Both the position numbers and the translations under genes were made by a program. 43,250 bases of DNA. Origin: Occultella glacieicola. Its GTDB lineage: Bacteria > Actinomycetota > Actinomycetes > Actinomycetales > Beutenbergiaceae. The notes under the pieces were generated by a model. That model was given only the letters and a program-made list of their open reading frames with translations. It ran no database searches and was not told the DNA's origin. This document shows positions 18,748-27,854 of this stretch, piece after piece (position 1 is the first letter of the stretch; each line of letters opens with the position of its first letter). The stretch is taken from the NCBI RefSeq assembly GCF_004353825.1, contig NZ_SMNA01000018.1, positions 1-43,250 of the forward strand, read 5' to 3'.

Positions 18748-19887
18748 GTGAAGCTTGCATCTAGCCGCCGCCTGGCGGGCATCACCGCGATCAGCGCGCT
18801 CGCGCTCACCCTCGCCGCCTGCGGCGGGGGCGACGGCGACGACACGTCCACCGACGGCGACACCGGTGGCGACAACGGCGGCGCCAGCGCCGACCTCTCC
18901 GGCTCCATCGCCGGCTCCGGCGCCAGCTCCCAGGAGAACGCGGTTGGCGGGTGGATCGCCGGCTTCACCGAGGCGAACCCGGACGTCACGGTGACCTACG
19001 ACCCGACCGGGTCGGGCACCGGGCGCGAGCAGTTCCTCAACGGCACCGTGCTGTTCGCAGGTTCGGACGCCGCGATGGACGAGGAGGAGCTCGCCTCGGG
19101 TGTGGAGCGCTGCTTCGGCGGCGAGGTCATCGAGCTGCCGCTGTACATCAGCCCGATCGCCGTCATCTACAACCTGCCGAGCGTGGACGCCGAGCACATC
19201 AACATGGACGCGGCCACGATCGCCGGCGTGTTCGCCGGAGAGATCACGAACTGGAACGACCCGGCCATCGCCGACGCGAACCCCGACGTCGAGCTGCCCG
19301 ACCTGCCGATCGTCCCGGTGAACCGCTCCGACGAGTCCGGCACCACCGAGAACTTCACGGAGTACCTCACGGCCGCCGCGGGCGACGTGTGGACCCACGG
19401 TCCCGTCGAGACCTGGCCGATCTCCGGCACCCAGTCCGGTGCGCAGACCTCCGGCATGATCGACGTCGTCTCCGGCGCCGAGGGCACCATCGGCTACGCC
19501 GACGCCTCCCGCGCCGGCGACTTGGGCACCGTCGCCGTCGGCGTCGGTGAGGAGTTCGTGCCGTTCTCCCCGGAGGCCGCCGCGAAGATCATCGACGTGT
19601 CCCCGGCCACCGCCGACGCGACCGACCTGCGTCTGACGATCGACCTGGCCCGCGACACCACCGAGGCCGGGACCTACCCGATCGTGCTGGTCTCGTACTC
19701 GATCGCCTGCTCGGTCTACGACAACGAGGCGGACGCCGCGAACGTGGCCGGCTACCTCAACTACGTGGCCAGCCCCGAGGGCCAGGACCGCGCCGCGCAG
19801 CCGGACGTCGCCGGTTCCGCGCCGATCTCGGACGACCTGCGCGAGCGGGTCATCGCGGCCCTCGACCAGATCACGGTCGCCGGCTGA
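18748..19887 (+). CDS. pstS: Phosphate ABC transporter substrate-binding lipoprotein
   Basis: Lipobox LAAC; GSGASSQ, YDPTGSGTG, FAGSD, RSDESGTT and YPIVLVSY. Confidence 0.95.
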   Translation: MKLASSRRLAGITAISALALTLAACGGGDGDDTSTDGDTGGDNGGASADLSGSIAGSGASSQENAVGGWIAGFTEANPDVTVTYDPTGSGTGREQFLNGTVLFAGSDAAMDEEELASGVERCFGGEVIELPLYISPIAVIYNLPSVDAEHINMDAATIAGVFAGEITNWNDPAIADANPDVELPDLPIVPVNRSDESGTTENFTEYLTAAAGDVWTHGPVETWPISGTQSGAQTSGMIDVVSGAEGTIGYADASRAGDLGTVAVGVGEEFVPFSPEAAAKIIDVSPATADATDLRLTIDLARDTTEAGTYPIVLVSYSIACSVYDNEADAANVAGYLNYVASPEGQDRAAQPDVAGSAPISDDLRERVIAALDQITVAG

Positions 19888-19901
19888 TCCAGCCGAACAC
19901 C

Positions 19902-19946
19902 TCAGGCGGGTCGGTGTCTCAGTACGCTGAGCACCGACTCGCCTGA
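19902..19946 (+). terminator. Strong stem-loop between pstS and pstC (mRNA stabiliser or attenuator)
   Basis: TCAGGCGGGTCGGTG-T-CTCAG-TACG-CTGAG-CACCGACTCGCCTGA: about 20 bp of stem with a UACG loop and a G-U pair on the + strand. Confidence 0.75.
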
Positions 19947-19991
19947 CGCACGTCGATCCCTCCCATCCCCCCACATCGACCCGGAGGACCA

Positions 19992-20999
19992 GTGGCAGTC
20001 ACCGATTCACCCCCCTCGGAACCCGAAGCGCCCCCCAAGGTGCGGGCCGGGCGGGCCCCAGGCCGCCTGGGCAACCGGGTCTTCCAGGGGATCTCCACTG
20101 CCAGTGGCATCTTCATCCTGGTCATCCTCGCCGCGGTCGCGATCTTCCTGCTGGTCCGCGCCTGGCCGGCCGTCACCGCGGCGCCGTCCGCGTTCGAGGA
20201 CGTCGGCTTCATGCTCGGCCGGGACCTGTGGTCCTGGGTCTGGCCGCTGCTGTTCGGCACCGCGATCTCCTCGGTCATCGCGCTCGTGGTGGCCGTGCCG
20301 CTCAGCATCGGCATCGGGCTGTTCATCTCGCACTACGCACCGCGCCGGCTCGCGCAGGGCCTCGGCTACCTGATCGACCTGCTCGCCGCGATCCCCTCGG
20401 TGATCTTCGGCCTCTGGGGCATCCAGTGGCTGCAGCCACTGGTGAGCCCGCTGTTCACGTGGCTCAGCACGAACCCGGCCACCGCCTGGCTCGAGGAGAA
20501 CGTCGGCCCGACGATCTTCAGCGGGTACCAGGCCCCGGCCCGCAACATCCTCACCGCCGGCCTCGTGCTCGCGATCATGGTCCTGCCGATCATCACCGCG
20601 ACCGTGCGTGAGGTGTTCCTGCAGACCCCGCGGCTGCACGAGGAGGCCTCCCTGGCCCTCGGGGCGACCCGGTGGGAGATGATCCGTCAGGCGGTCCTGC
20701 CGTTCGGGCGCTCCGGCGTGATCTCGGCGACCATGCTCGGCCTCGGCCGGGCCCTCGGTGAGACGATGGCGGTGCTGATGGTCCTCTCGCCCGGGTACCT
20801 GATCAACTTCTTCCTGCTCCAGCCCGGTCAGCACCAGTCGATCGCGGCCAACATCGCCAGCCACTTCCCGGAGGCCAGCGGCATCGGGGTGGACGCCCTG
20901 ATCGCGTCCGGGCTGATCCTGTTCGTCATGACCTTCGGCGTGAACCTCGTCGCCCGCTGGATCATCGCCCGCCGCGCCGAGTTCTCGGGAGCCAACTGA
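19992..20999 (+). CDS. pstC: Phosphate ABC transporter permease
   Basis: LLAAIPSVIFGLWG, EASLALGATRWE and GRALGETMAV. Confidence 0.95.
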   Translation: MAVTDSPPSEPEAPPKVRAGRAPGRLGNRVFQGISTASGIFILVILAAVAIFLLVRAWPAVTAAPSAFEDVGFMLGRDLWSWVWPLLFGTAISSVIALVVAVPLSIGIGLFISHYAPRRLAQGLGYLIDLLAAIPSVIFGLWGIQWLQPLVSPLFTWLSTNPATAWLEENVGPTIFSGYQAPARNILTAGLVLAIMVLPIITATVREVFLQTPRLHEEASLALGATRWEMIRQAVLPFGRSGVISATMLGLGRALGETMAVLMVLSPGYLINFFLLQPGQHQSIAANIASHFPEASGIGVDALIASGLILFVMTFGVNLVARWIIARRAEFSGAN

Positions 21000-22048
21000 T
21001 GAGCGTCACCACGCCCCCGGTCCCGGTCCGGACCACGCGCCGGCTCCCCAGGTGGGCGCCGATCCCGGTCCTCGTCGCCTCCCTCCTGCTCGCCGCCGGG
21101 ATCCAGTTCCTCGGGGATGGCCCCACCATCGCCGGCGTGTTCTTCATCGGCGCGATCCTGTTCGGCATCATCATGACGGTGACGTCCCGGGTGGTCGAGG
21201 GGGAGCGGTACGCCAAGGACCGGCTCGCCACCACCCTGGTCACGTTCGCGTTCCTCCTCGCGCTGATCCCGCTGGTCTCGCTGCTCTGGATCGTGATCCG
21301 GGACGGGGTGAAGCGGTTCAGCTGGGAGTTCCTCACCACCGACATGACCGGCATCTACGGGCAGATGGTCGAGGGTGGCGCGTTCCACGCGATCATCGGC
21401 ACCGTCTACGTCACCGGCATCGCCTCGATCATCGCGATCCCGCTCGGGATCTTCACGGCCATCTACCTGGTCGAGTACGGCCGTGGCCCGCTGTCCCGCG
21501 GGATCACCGTGCTGGTCGACGTGATGACCGGTATCCCGTCGATCGTGGCCGGCCTGTTCGCGTTCACGCTGTTCCTGGTGATTGTGGGTCCGGCGTACAA
21601 GTCGGCCCTGATCGGCGGGATCGCCCTCGCGGTGCTGATGACCCCGGTCGTGGTGCGCAGCGTCGAGGAGATGCTGCGCCTGGTCCCGAACGAGTTGCGC
21701 GAGGCGTCCTACGCGCTCGGCGTGCCGAAGTGGCTGACTATCGTGAAGGTGGTGCTGCGCACCGCCATCGCGGGCATCACCACCGGTGTCATGATCGCCA
21801 TCGCGCGGGTCATCGGTGAGACCGCCCCGCTGCTGCTCACGGTCGGCATCGCCACGGCCGTGAACTGGGACGCCTTCGACGGCCGGATCGCCACCCTGCC
21901 GGTGTTCGTCTACCGCCAGTACGCGCAGGGCGGGGCCTCCGCGGACCGTGCCTGGGCCGCCGCCCTCACCCTGATCATCATCGTGATGCTGCTGAACCTC
22001 GTCGCGCGCCTGGTCAGCAGGTACTTCTCCCCGAAGGGGGCCCGGTGA
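20999..22048 (+). CDS. pstA: Phosphate ABC transporter permease
   Basis: GIPSIVAGLF, LREASYALG, ARVIGETAPL and RAWAAAL. TGATG coupling to pstC. Confidence 0.95.
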   Translation: MSVTTPPVPVRTTRRLPRWAPIPVLVASLLLAAGIQFLGDGPTIAGVFFIGAILFGIIMTVTSRVVEGERYAKDRLATTLVTFAFLLALIPLVSLLWIVIRDGVKRFSWEFLTTDMTGIYGQMVEGGAFHAIIGTVYVTGIASIIAIPLGIFTAIYLVEYGRGPLSRGITVLVDVMTGIPSIVAGLFAFTLFLVIVGPAYKSALIGGIALAVLMTPVVVRSVEEMLRLVPNELREASYALGVPKWLTIVKVVLRTAIAGITTGVMIAIARVIGETAPLLLTVGIATAVNWDAFDGRIATLPVFVYRQYAQGGASADRAWAAALTLIIIVMLLNLVARLVSRYFSPKGAR

Positions 22049-22126
22049 CCTCGATGATCCCCCCGACCACCGCCCCGACCTCTCCCCCCGCCCACCGCTG
22101 CACCGCCCGCCCCGGAAGGACCGCTT

Positions 22127-22906
22127 GTGTCTAAGCGCATCGATGTCAACGACCTGAACGTCTACTACGGCGACTTCCTCGCCGTCGAGGGCGTGAACAT
22201 GGTGATCGAGGCGCGCAGCGTGACCGCCCTGATCGGCCCGTCGGGCTGCGGCAAGTCCACGTTCCTGCGCACCCTGAACCGGATGCACGAGGTCATCCCG
22301 AAGGCCTACGTGACCGGCAAGGCCGTCATGGACGGTCAGGACCTGTACGGCCCGGGCGTCGACCCGGTCGAGGTCCGGCGTCAGGTCGGCATGGTGTTCC
22401 AGCGCCCGAACCCGTTCCCGACGATGTCCATCGCGGACAACGTGCTGGCCGGCGTGCGGCTGAACAACCGCCGGATCAGCCGCTCCGACGCCACGGACCT
22501 GGTGGAGCGGTCGCTGACCGGTGCGAACCTCTGGAACGAGGTCAAGGACCGGCTGGACCGGCCCGGCTCGTCACTGTCCGGTGGGCAGCAGCAGCGCCTG
22601 TGCATCGCTCGTGCGATCGCGGTGGAGCCGCAGGTGCTCCTGATGGACGAGCCCTGCTCGGCGCTCGACCCGATCTCCACCCTCGCCATCGAGGACCTGA
22701 TCGCGGAGCTGAAGAACAACTACACGATCGTGATCGTGACCCACAACATGCAGCAGGCGGCCCGGGTCTCGGACCGCACCGGCTTCTTCAACATCGCCGG
22801 CACCGGCAAGCCCGGGCACCTCATCGAGATGGACGACACCACCACGATGTTCTCCACTCCGTCCGTGAAGGCCACCGAGGACTACATCTCCGGCCGCTTC
22901 GGCTGA
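22127..22906 (+). CDS. pstB: Phosphate ABC transporter ATP-binding protein
   Basis: [41 protein letters not shown] and YISGRFG. Confidence 0.97.
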   Translation: MSKRIDVNDLNVYYGDFLAVEGVNMVIEARSVTALIGPSGCGKSTFLRTLNRMHEVIPKAYVTGKAVMDGQDLYGPGVDPVEVRRQVGMVFQRPNPFPTMSIADNVLAGVRLNNRRISRSDATDLVERSLTGANLWNEVKDRLDRPGSSLSGGQQQRLCIARAIAVEPQVLLMDEPCSALDPISTLAIEDLIAELKNNYTIVIVTHNMQQAARVSDRTGFFNIAGTGKPGHLIEMDDTTTMFSTPSVKATEDYISGRFG

Positions 22907-23521
22907 TCAGATGCCGGCGCCCTCGAACGAGGTCGTGGTCGGCTCCGCGGACACCGCCACACAGTAGGCGGTGCGGGAGCCGGCCGCCCAGGTGTCCGCG
23001 CTCGGGGTGATCGGAGCCACGGACAGCGAGGAGTCGGCGGCCGCGATGCCGACGAAGTCCTCGAACAGACCGGTGCACTCCTCCAGCGCGATCGTCTGGA
23101 CCTCCGTGTCACCGGGATACGCGCCGTCGGCCATCTCGTAGACCGCGACGATCTGGACCTCGTGCTCGGTGGCACAGTCGATCGTCGGCAGCCCGGAGAT
23201 CCCGTCGCCCTCGGTGATCACCGCGTACAGGTCGCTGGCCCGCAGGCAGTCACCCACGTCGGCCACCGGCACCCCGGAGGAGTCCGTGGCGGTCGTGGTG
23301 TCCGGGGCGGGGGTCGACGGCGGTGTCGAGCCCGCGGTGCCGCCCGGTTCGTCCGGGCTGCTCGAGGCGCTGTCGCTGGGTTCTTCTGTGCCGCCGCCCT
23401 GCGTGAACGTCTGCGGGGAGTCCTCAGGGCCGCCAGAGCACGCGGCGAGGACCGGCGCGACCAATGCGGCGGCGGCGAGCGCCAGGACGGCGCGACGGCG
23501 GCGGACGGCAGCAGCGGTCAT
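22907..23521 (-). CDS. Putative lipoprotein with a septum-formation-like (four-Cys) domain
   Basis: Signal peptide ending VLAAC, a Ser/Pro/Thr linker, then VGDC...IDCATEH..YPG...C...W..GSR...C. Confidence 0.75.
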   Translation of the reverse strand: MTAAAVRRRRAVLALAAAALVAPVLAACSGGPEDSPQTFTQGGGTEEPSDSASSSPDEPGGTAGSTPPSTPAPDTTTATDSSGVPVADVGDCLRASDLYAVITEGDGISGLPTIDCATEHEVQIVAVYEMADGAYPGDTEVQTIALEECTGLFEDFVGIAAADSSLSVAPITPSADTWAAGSRTAYCVAVSAEPTTTSFEGAGI

Positions 23522-23601
23522 GGGGCATCGGCTCCTCGGTGCGGGTGGGGCGGCCGCACCAACGTACCCGACGACGTGCCTGACGGGCCGGGCGCCGACG
23601 G

Positions 23602-23642
23602 CGAAGGGCCGCACCCTCGGACTCAAGGGGTGCGGCCCTTCG
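23602..23642 (-). terminator. 15-bp perfect hairpin after the lipoprotein gene
   Basis: CGAAGGGCCGCACCC ... GGGTGCGGCCCTTCG, about 20 nt past the stop at 23664. Confidence 0.7.
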
Positions 23643-23663
23643 TCATGGGGCCGTCGGGGCGAC

Positions 23664-24107
23664 TCAGACGGCCGCGCCCTCCCAGCTCTCGGTGACGGTG
23701 GAGCCATCCGTCAGGAAGGCGATGCACAGCACCTCACGGTCGTTGGCCTGGTCCCAGGTGCTCTCGTTCGGCGCGATCCAGTCGAGCTCGAGGGTGGACT
23801 CCTCGTAGCTGAGCCCGATGAAGGACTCGAAGCCGGAGAGGCAGCCCTCCTGGGCGGCGGTCGCGATCGCGTCGTCGCCGGGGAAGTCGCCGTCCTGATC
23901 GATGTCGAAGGAGTGCACGAACTGGGCGTCGTGCGCCTCGCCGCAGTCGACGGTGGGGATCTCGGTGAGCTCGCCGGACAGGTCCTCGAGGTTGGAGCAG
24001 GCGCCGACTTCGGCGGTGGCGACCTGGCTGCCACAGGCGGCCAGCGACGCGGCCAGGCCGGCGGCGCCGACCAGGGCGAGGGCGGTGCGGACGATGCGAC
24101 GGGACAT
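23664..24107 (-). CDS. Putative lipoprotein with a septum-formation-like domain (paralog of the neighbour)
   Basis: Lipobox SLAAC; VGAC...VDCGEAH..FPG...C...W..NDREVLC. TAGACT -10 at 24170-24175. Confidence 0.78.
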   Translation of the reverse strand: MSRRIVRTALALVGAAGLAASLAACGSQVATAEVGACSNLEDLSGELTEIPTVDCGEAHDAQFVHSFDIDQDGDFPGDDAIATAAQEGCLSGFESFIGLSYEESTLELDWIAPNESTWDQANDREVLCIAFLTDGSTVTESWEGAAV

Positions 24108-24267
24108 AGGTGTGAACTCCCCGGGAGTAGGTGGCAGCCGGGGCGTGCCCGGTGCGTGATGTCGGGGTGAGTCTATGAGCCCGGCAGGCCTGCGCGCGCC
24201 GGTATCCATGGGCAGGAGTGCCCGCTCGCGGTCCCGATGAAACACCGGCCAAGGCCCGGGCGGGACC

Positions 24268-25260
24268 TCACAGGAACAGCGAGAGGACCAGGTAGAGGAC
24301 CGCGGCCACGGTCGCCGCCGCGGGGATGGTCAGCACCCAGGCCACGCCGATGCTTCGGGCCATGCCCCAGCGCACCGCGGAGGCCCGCTTCGTGGCGCCG
24401 ACGCCCATGATCGCCGACGTGATGGTGTGGGTCGTCGAGATCGGCGCATGGAACACGAACGCCGTCGTGTAGAGCACGCTCGAGGCGACCGACTCCGCCA
24501 CGAAGCCACGAGCGGGGTCGAGCTCGATGACCTTGCGTCCCAGCGTGCGCATGATCCGCCAGCCGCCGGAGTACGTACCGAGCGAGATCGCCCCGGCCGC
24601 GGCGAGCTTCACCCAGAGCGGGATCTCGGTGCCCTCGTGCAGCCCGCCCGCGACCAGCGCGAGCACGATGACCCCCATCGTCTTCTGCGCGTCCTGGAGC
24701 CCGTGCCCGAGCGCCATCGCCGCCGCCGAGACCGTCTGGGCCAGCCGGAACCGGCGCTGGGTGCGGCCCGGGGCGGCGTTCCGGAAGGCCCACAGCACCG
24801 CGATCATGACCACGTACGCCAGGGCGAACCCGACCAGGGGTGAGGCCACCATCGGGATGACCACCTTGTCCAGGATCACCGACCAGTGCACGGTGGACAG
24901 GGACGCGATACCGGCGCCCAGGAGGCCACCGATGAGCGCGTGCGAGGACGAGGACGGCAGGCCCTTCCACCACGTGATCAGGTTCCAGGCGATCGCGCCG
25001 AGCAGGCCCGCGAGCACCACGATCAGGCCCGACGGCCCGGCCGGGGTGTCGATGATGCCGCTGCCGATGGTCTCGGCGACGCCGGTGCCGAGCAGGGCGC
25101 CGACCATGTTCATGGAGGCGGCGAGCAGGAGCGCAGCGCGTGGGGTGAGCGCTCTCGTCGAGACGGAGGTCGCGATCGCGTTCGCCGCGTCGTGGAACCC
25201 GTTGGTGTAGTCGAACGCGAGGGCGATCACGACCACGAGCAGGACGAGGAGGAGCTCCAC
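24268..25260 (-). CDS. Inorganic phosphate transporter (PiT family)
   Basis: NGFHDAANAIAT, GLPSSSSHAL, HGLQDAQK and PISTTH. Confidence 0.95.
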   Translation of the reverse strand: MELLLVLLVVVIALAFDYTNGFHDAANAIATSVSTRALTPRAALLLAASMNMVGALLGTGVAETIGSGIIDTPAGPSGLIVVLAGLLGAIAWNLITWWKGLPSSSSHALIGGLLGAGIASLSTVHWSVILDKVVIPMVASPLVGFALAYVVMIAVLWAFRNAAPGRTQRRFRLAQTVSAAAMALGHGLQDAQKTMGVIVLALVAGGLHEGTEIPLWVKLAAAGAISLGTYSGGWRIMRTLGRKVIELDPARGFVAESVASSVLYTTAFVFHAPISTTHTITSAIMGVGATKRASAVRWGMARSIGVAWVLTIPAAATVAAVLYLVLSLFL

Positions 25261-25264
25261 CGGC

Positions 25265-25903
25265 TCAGGTCTCCTTGACGTAGATGGTCTGCACCACGCT
25301 GCCCACCCGCTCGAACGCGTCGGCGGCCTTCTCGAGCTCGTCGACGACCCCCTTGAGCTTGATCAGGTCCACCACGTCCGTCGGGGTCTGCTGGTACTGC
25401 GGGCTCCCGAACAGGTGCGCCAGCAGCGCGCGGTGGGTCCGGTTGGCCTCGCTCTCCAGCCGGTTGATCTCCTGCCAGTACGGCTTCAGGTCGGTCATCG
25501 TGCGCAGCCGGGGCATCGCGGCGGCGGTCAGCTCGGCGGCGCGCTGCAGCGTCGAGACCATGGTGATGACGTCGTCGGGCAGGTCGACGATCTGGAAGAG
25601 CACGATGATGTCGCCGGCCGCCTCCATCGCATCGATGCAGTCGTCCATCGCGGTCGCCAGCGTGTAGATGTCGTCGCGATCGAACGGCGTCACGAACGTC
25701 TGGTTCAGCCGGTTCGTGATCGTCGCCCGCGTGGTGTCCGCCTCCTGCTCGGCCGCCCGGAGCCGGGCGGCGTATCCCGGCCGGTCGGCCGGCTCGGCTC
25801 CGATCAGCTGGGCGAGCAGGTCGGCACCGGTGACCAGGTGTTCGGCGTTCGACGCGAAGAGGTCGAAGAACGTGACATCGCGTGGGGTCAGGCGGAAGCG
25901 CAC
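25265..25903 (-). CDS. DUF47 (PhoU-like) phosphate transport regulator
   Basis: FFDLF, LNQTFVTPFDRDDIY.L...MDD and LEKAADAFE. GGAG RBS before GTG 25903; directly upstream of pit. Confidence 0.92.
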   Translation of the reverse strand: MRFRLTPRDVTFFDLFASNAEHLVTGADLLAQLIGAEPADRPGYAARLRAAEQEADTTRATITNRLNQTFVTPFDRDDIYTLATAMDDCIDAMEAAGDIIVLFQIVDLPDDVITMVSTLQRAAELTAAAMPRLRTMTDLKPYWQEINRLESEANRTHRALLAHLFGSPQYQQTPTDVVDLIKLKGVVDELEKAADAFERVGSVVQTIYVKET

Positions 25904-26000
25904 AGCATTCACTCCGGGGGAAGGGGCAATGTCAGCGAGATCAGGCTAGAGCACTCCGGGCCGACAGCCGCCCGGTCGGCGAGAGCAGCCGAGGGGAGAG

Positions 26001-26085
26001 GACGCCGGGCCGCCCAGCGCCTGACGGCGCGAAGGCCGCTCGTAGCGGCTGATGTTGGAGCCCGGGGCTAGCGCGACCCGACGTC
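26001..26085 (-). ncRNA. Candidate structured RNA (multibranch leader or sRNA) upstream of DUF47-pit
   Basis: 13-bp closing stem with two G-U pairs on the minus strand and three internal hairpins. TAGACT -10 lies 7 nt before the first base. Confidence 0.55.
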
Positions 26086-26132
26086 GGTGACAAGTCTAAC
26101 GGCCGACGGCGGGGTGGGCTCGGTGGGTGAGG

Positions 26133-26888
26133 TCACAGTGCCGGTTCGGCCGAGTCAGCACTGTCAGCGCTGTCGGCGCCGGCCGACTCCGTGCTCGTGT
26201 CGCCGCCGGGGCGCCGCTCGCGGGGCAGGTCGAACCGGTACCCGACGTTACGGACCGTGCCGATCATCGCGTCGTGCTCCGGGCCGAGCTTCGCCCGCAG
26301 GCGCCGCACGTGGACATCCACGGTGCGGGTACCGCCGTAGTAGTCGTAGCCCCACACCTCCTGCAGCAGCTGGGCTCGGGTGAACACCCGGCCCGGGTGC
26401 TGGCTCAGGTACTTCAGGAGTTCGAACTCCTTGTAGGTCAGGTCCAGCGGCTCCCCGCGCAGGCGGGCCGTGTACCCGCCGGAGTCGATCACGAGGTCAC
26501 CGGCGAGGATCTCCTCGGGGTCGTCGGCCGACTGCCGGTCGGAACGCTGGGCGACCAGCCGCAGCCGTGCGTCCACCTCCGCCGGGCCGGCCTCGGCGAG
26601 CACCAGATCGTCGATCCCCCAGTCCTGCCCCACCACGGACAGCCCGCCCTCGCCGAGCACCAGGAGCACCGGCACCTCGATGCCGGTGGTGCGCAGCAGC
26701 TGGCAGGTGCTCCGGGCGCGCGCGAGGTCGCGACGTCCGTCGATGAGCACCACATCCGCGTCCGGTGCGTCCAGCAGCGACGACGGCTCCACCGGGACCA
26801 CCCGGACGCGGTGATGCAGCAGTGCGAGGGCGGGGAGCACCTGTGCTGAACCGCCAGGCTCTGATGTGAGTAGCAGAAGTTCCGCCAC
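26133..26888 (-). CDS. glnR: Orphan OmpR-family nitrogen regulator GlnR
   Basis: Atypical receiver VLPALALL.H...[19 protein letters not shown], w[12 protein letters not shown]...[24 protein letters not shown]. No adjacent kinase; same neighbourhood as Rv0818 (mshD, pstB, nitrobindin, ygfZ). Confidence 0.85.
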   Translation of the reverse strand: MAELLLLTSEPGGSAQVLPALALLHHRVRVVPVEPSSLLDAPDADVVLIDGRRDLARARSTCQLLRTTGIEVPVLLVLGEGGLSVVGQDWGIDDLVLAEAGPAEVDARLRLVAQRSDRQSADDPEEILAGDLVIDSGGYTARLRGEPLDLTYKEFELLKYLSQHPGRVFTRAQLLQEVWGYDYYGGTRTVDVHVRRLRAKLGPEHDAMIGTVRNVGYRFDLPRERRPGGDTSTESAGADSADSADSAEPAL

Positions 26889-27079
26889 GCGTGCTCCTCC
26901 CGACCGGTGGCGTCATCGTATTGCAGGTCGCGGCGCGCCCGTTACCGCCCGCCGGATCCCCGGCGCCCGGCCGGGACGGCCGGGTCCCACCGGGTGCGGG
27001 CCGGTTGCCGGTAGCGTTCGGCCTGTACCCGTGGGCCCGCTGCGCGGCCCGCCGACCGACCGAGAGGTGCTCGAGGCAG

Positions 27080-27805
27080 ATGATGGGCGGCCCGTTCCGT
27101 GCGGTGGTCGCGGCGACGGCGGCCGCGGGCATCGGCATCACCGCCTTCGGGGAGCGGTACCTGCTGATCGGTACGGTCGCAGCGATCGGGGCACTGTTCT
27201 CGATCGGCTGGCCGAGCCTGCTCGGACTCCCGGCCCGCCGCGGCGCCAGCGTGGTGCTGCTCGGCTGCGTGGTCGCGTCGGTCGGGGTGCTGCTGCTGAC
27301 GAACGACCTCGCCATGGTGGCCGTCGTGTTCGCGCTGTCGGTGGTGGCCGCGTTCGTGCACGAACTCGTGCGTCGGGACGGGCGACCCCGCCTGGTCGAG
27401 TCGGTCTCCGGCACCGTCGCGGGGGCCGCGGTGGTCACCTCCGCGACCGGGTGGATCGCCGTCGGCACCGGCCCGACGGCGGTCGGCCTGCTGCTCTGCG
27501 GGGCGGTCACCCTCGCCGTCGCCGCCATGTGCTCGGCGTTGCCGTTCCCCGGCTGGATCGGTGCCGGGATCACCGTCGTCGCCGCCGCCGGCGGCGGCCT
27601 CGCGGTCGGTTCGGTGACCGACGTCGGCCCCACGGCCGGTGCCCTGATCGGCTTCTCCGCCGGCGTTGTGCTCGCCGCGGCGCACCGCCTGTTCGGCCAG
27701 TTCCCCTCGTCCGGCCGACCCTTCCCCGCGCTCGCCGCGGCCGTGCTGCCGGTGGCCGTCGCCGGTCTGCCGGTCTATGTGCTGGCCCGGCTGCTCGTCG
27801 CCTGA
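27080..27805 (+). CDS. Hypothetical multi-pass membrane protein
   Basis: About 8 hydrophobic helices and the motif ELVRRDGRPRLVESV. Start uncertain. Confidence 0.7.
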   Translation: MMGGPFRAVVAATAAAGIGITAFGERYLLIGTVAAIGALFSIGWPSLLGLPARRGASVVLLGCVVASVGVLLLTNDLAMVAVVFALSVVAAFVHELVRRDGRPRLVESVSGTVAGAAVVTSATGWIAVGTGPTAVGLLLCGAVTLAVAAMCSALPFPGWIGAGITVVAAAGGGLAVGSVTDVGPTAGALIGFSAGVVLAAAHRLFGQFPSSGRPFPALAAAVLPVAVAGLPVYVLARLLVA

Positions 27806-27854
27806 CGAGTACCATCGGCGGTGTTCGCACCCGCGTCCCCAGGGAGTCCACCGC

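Noticed and set aside
26001..26085. Reading the structured RNA as a second tRNA or as SRP RNA
   Set aside because: No T-loop GTTCRA, D-loop or 7-nt anticodon loop, and no SRP domain IV motif.
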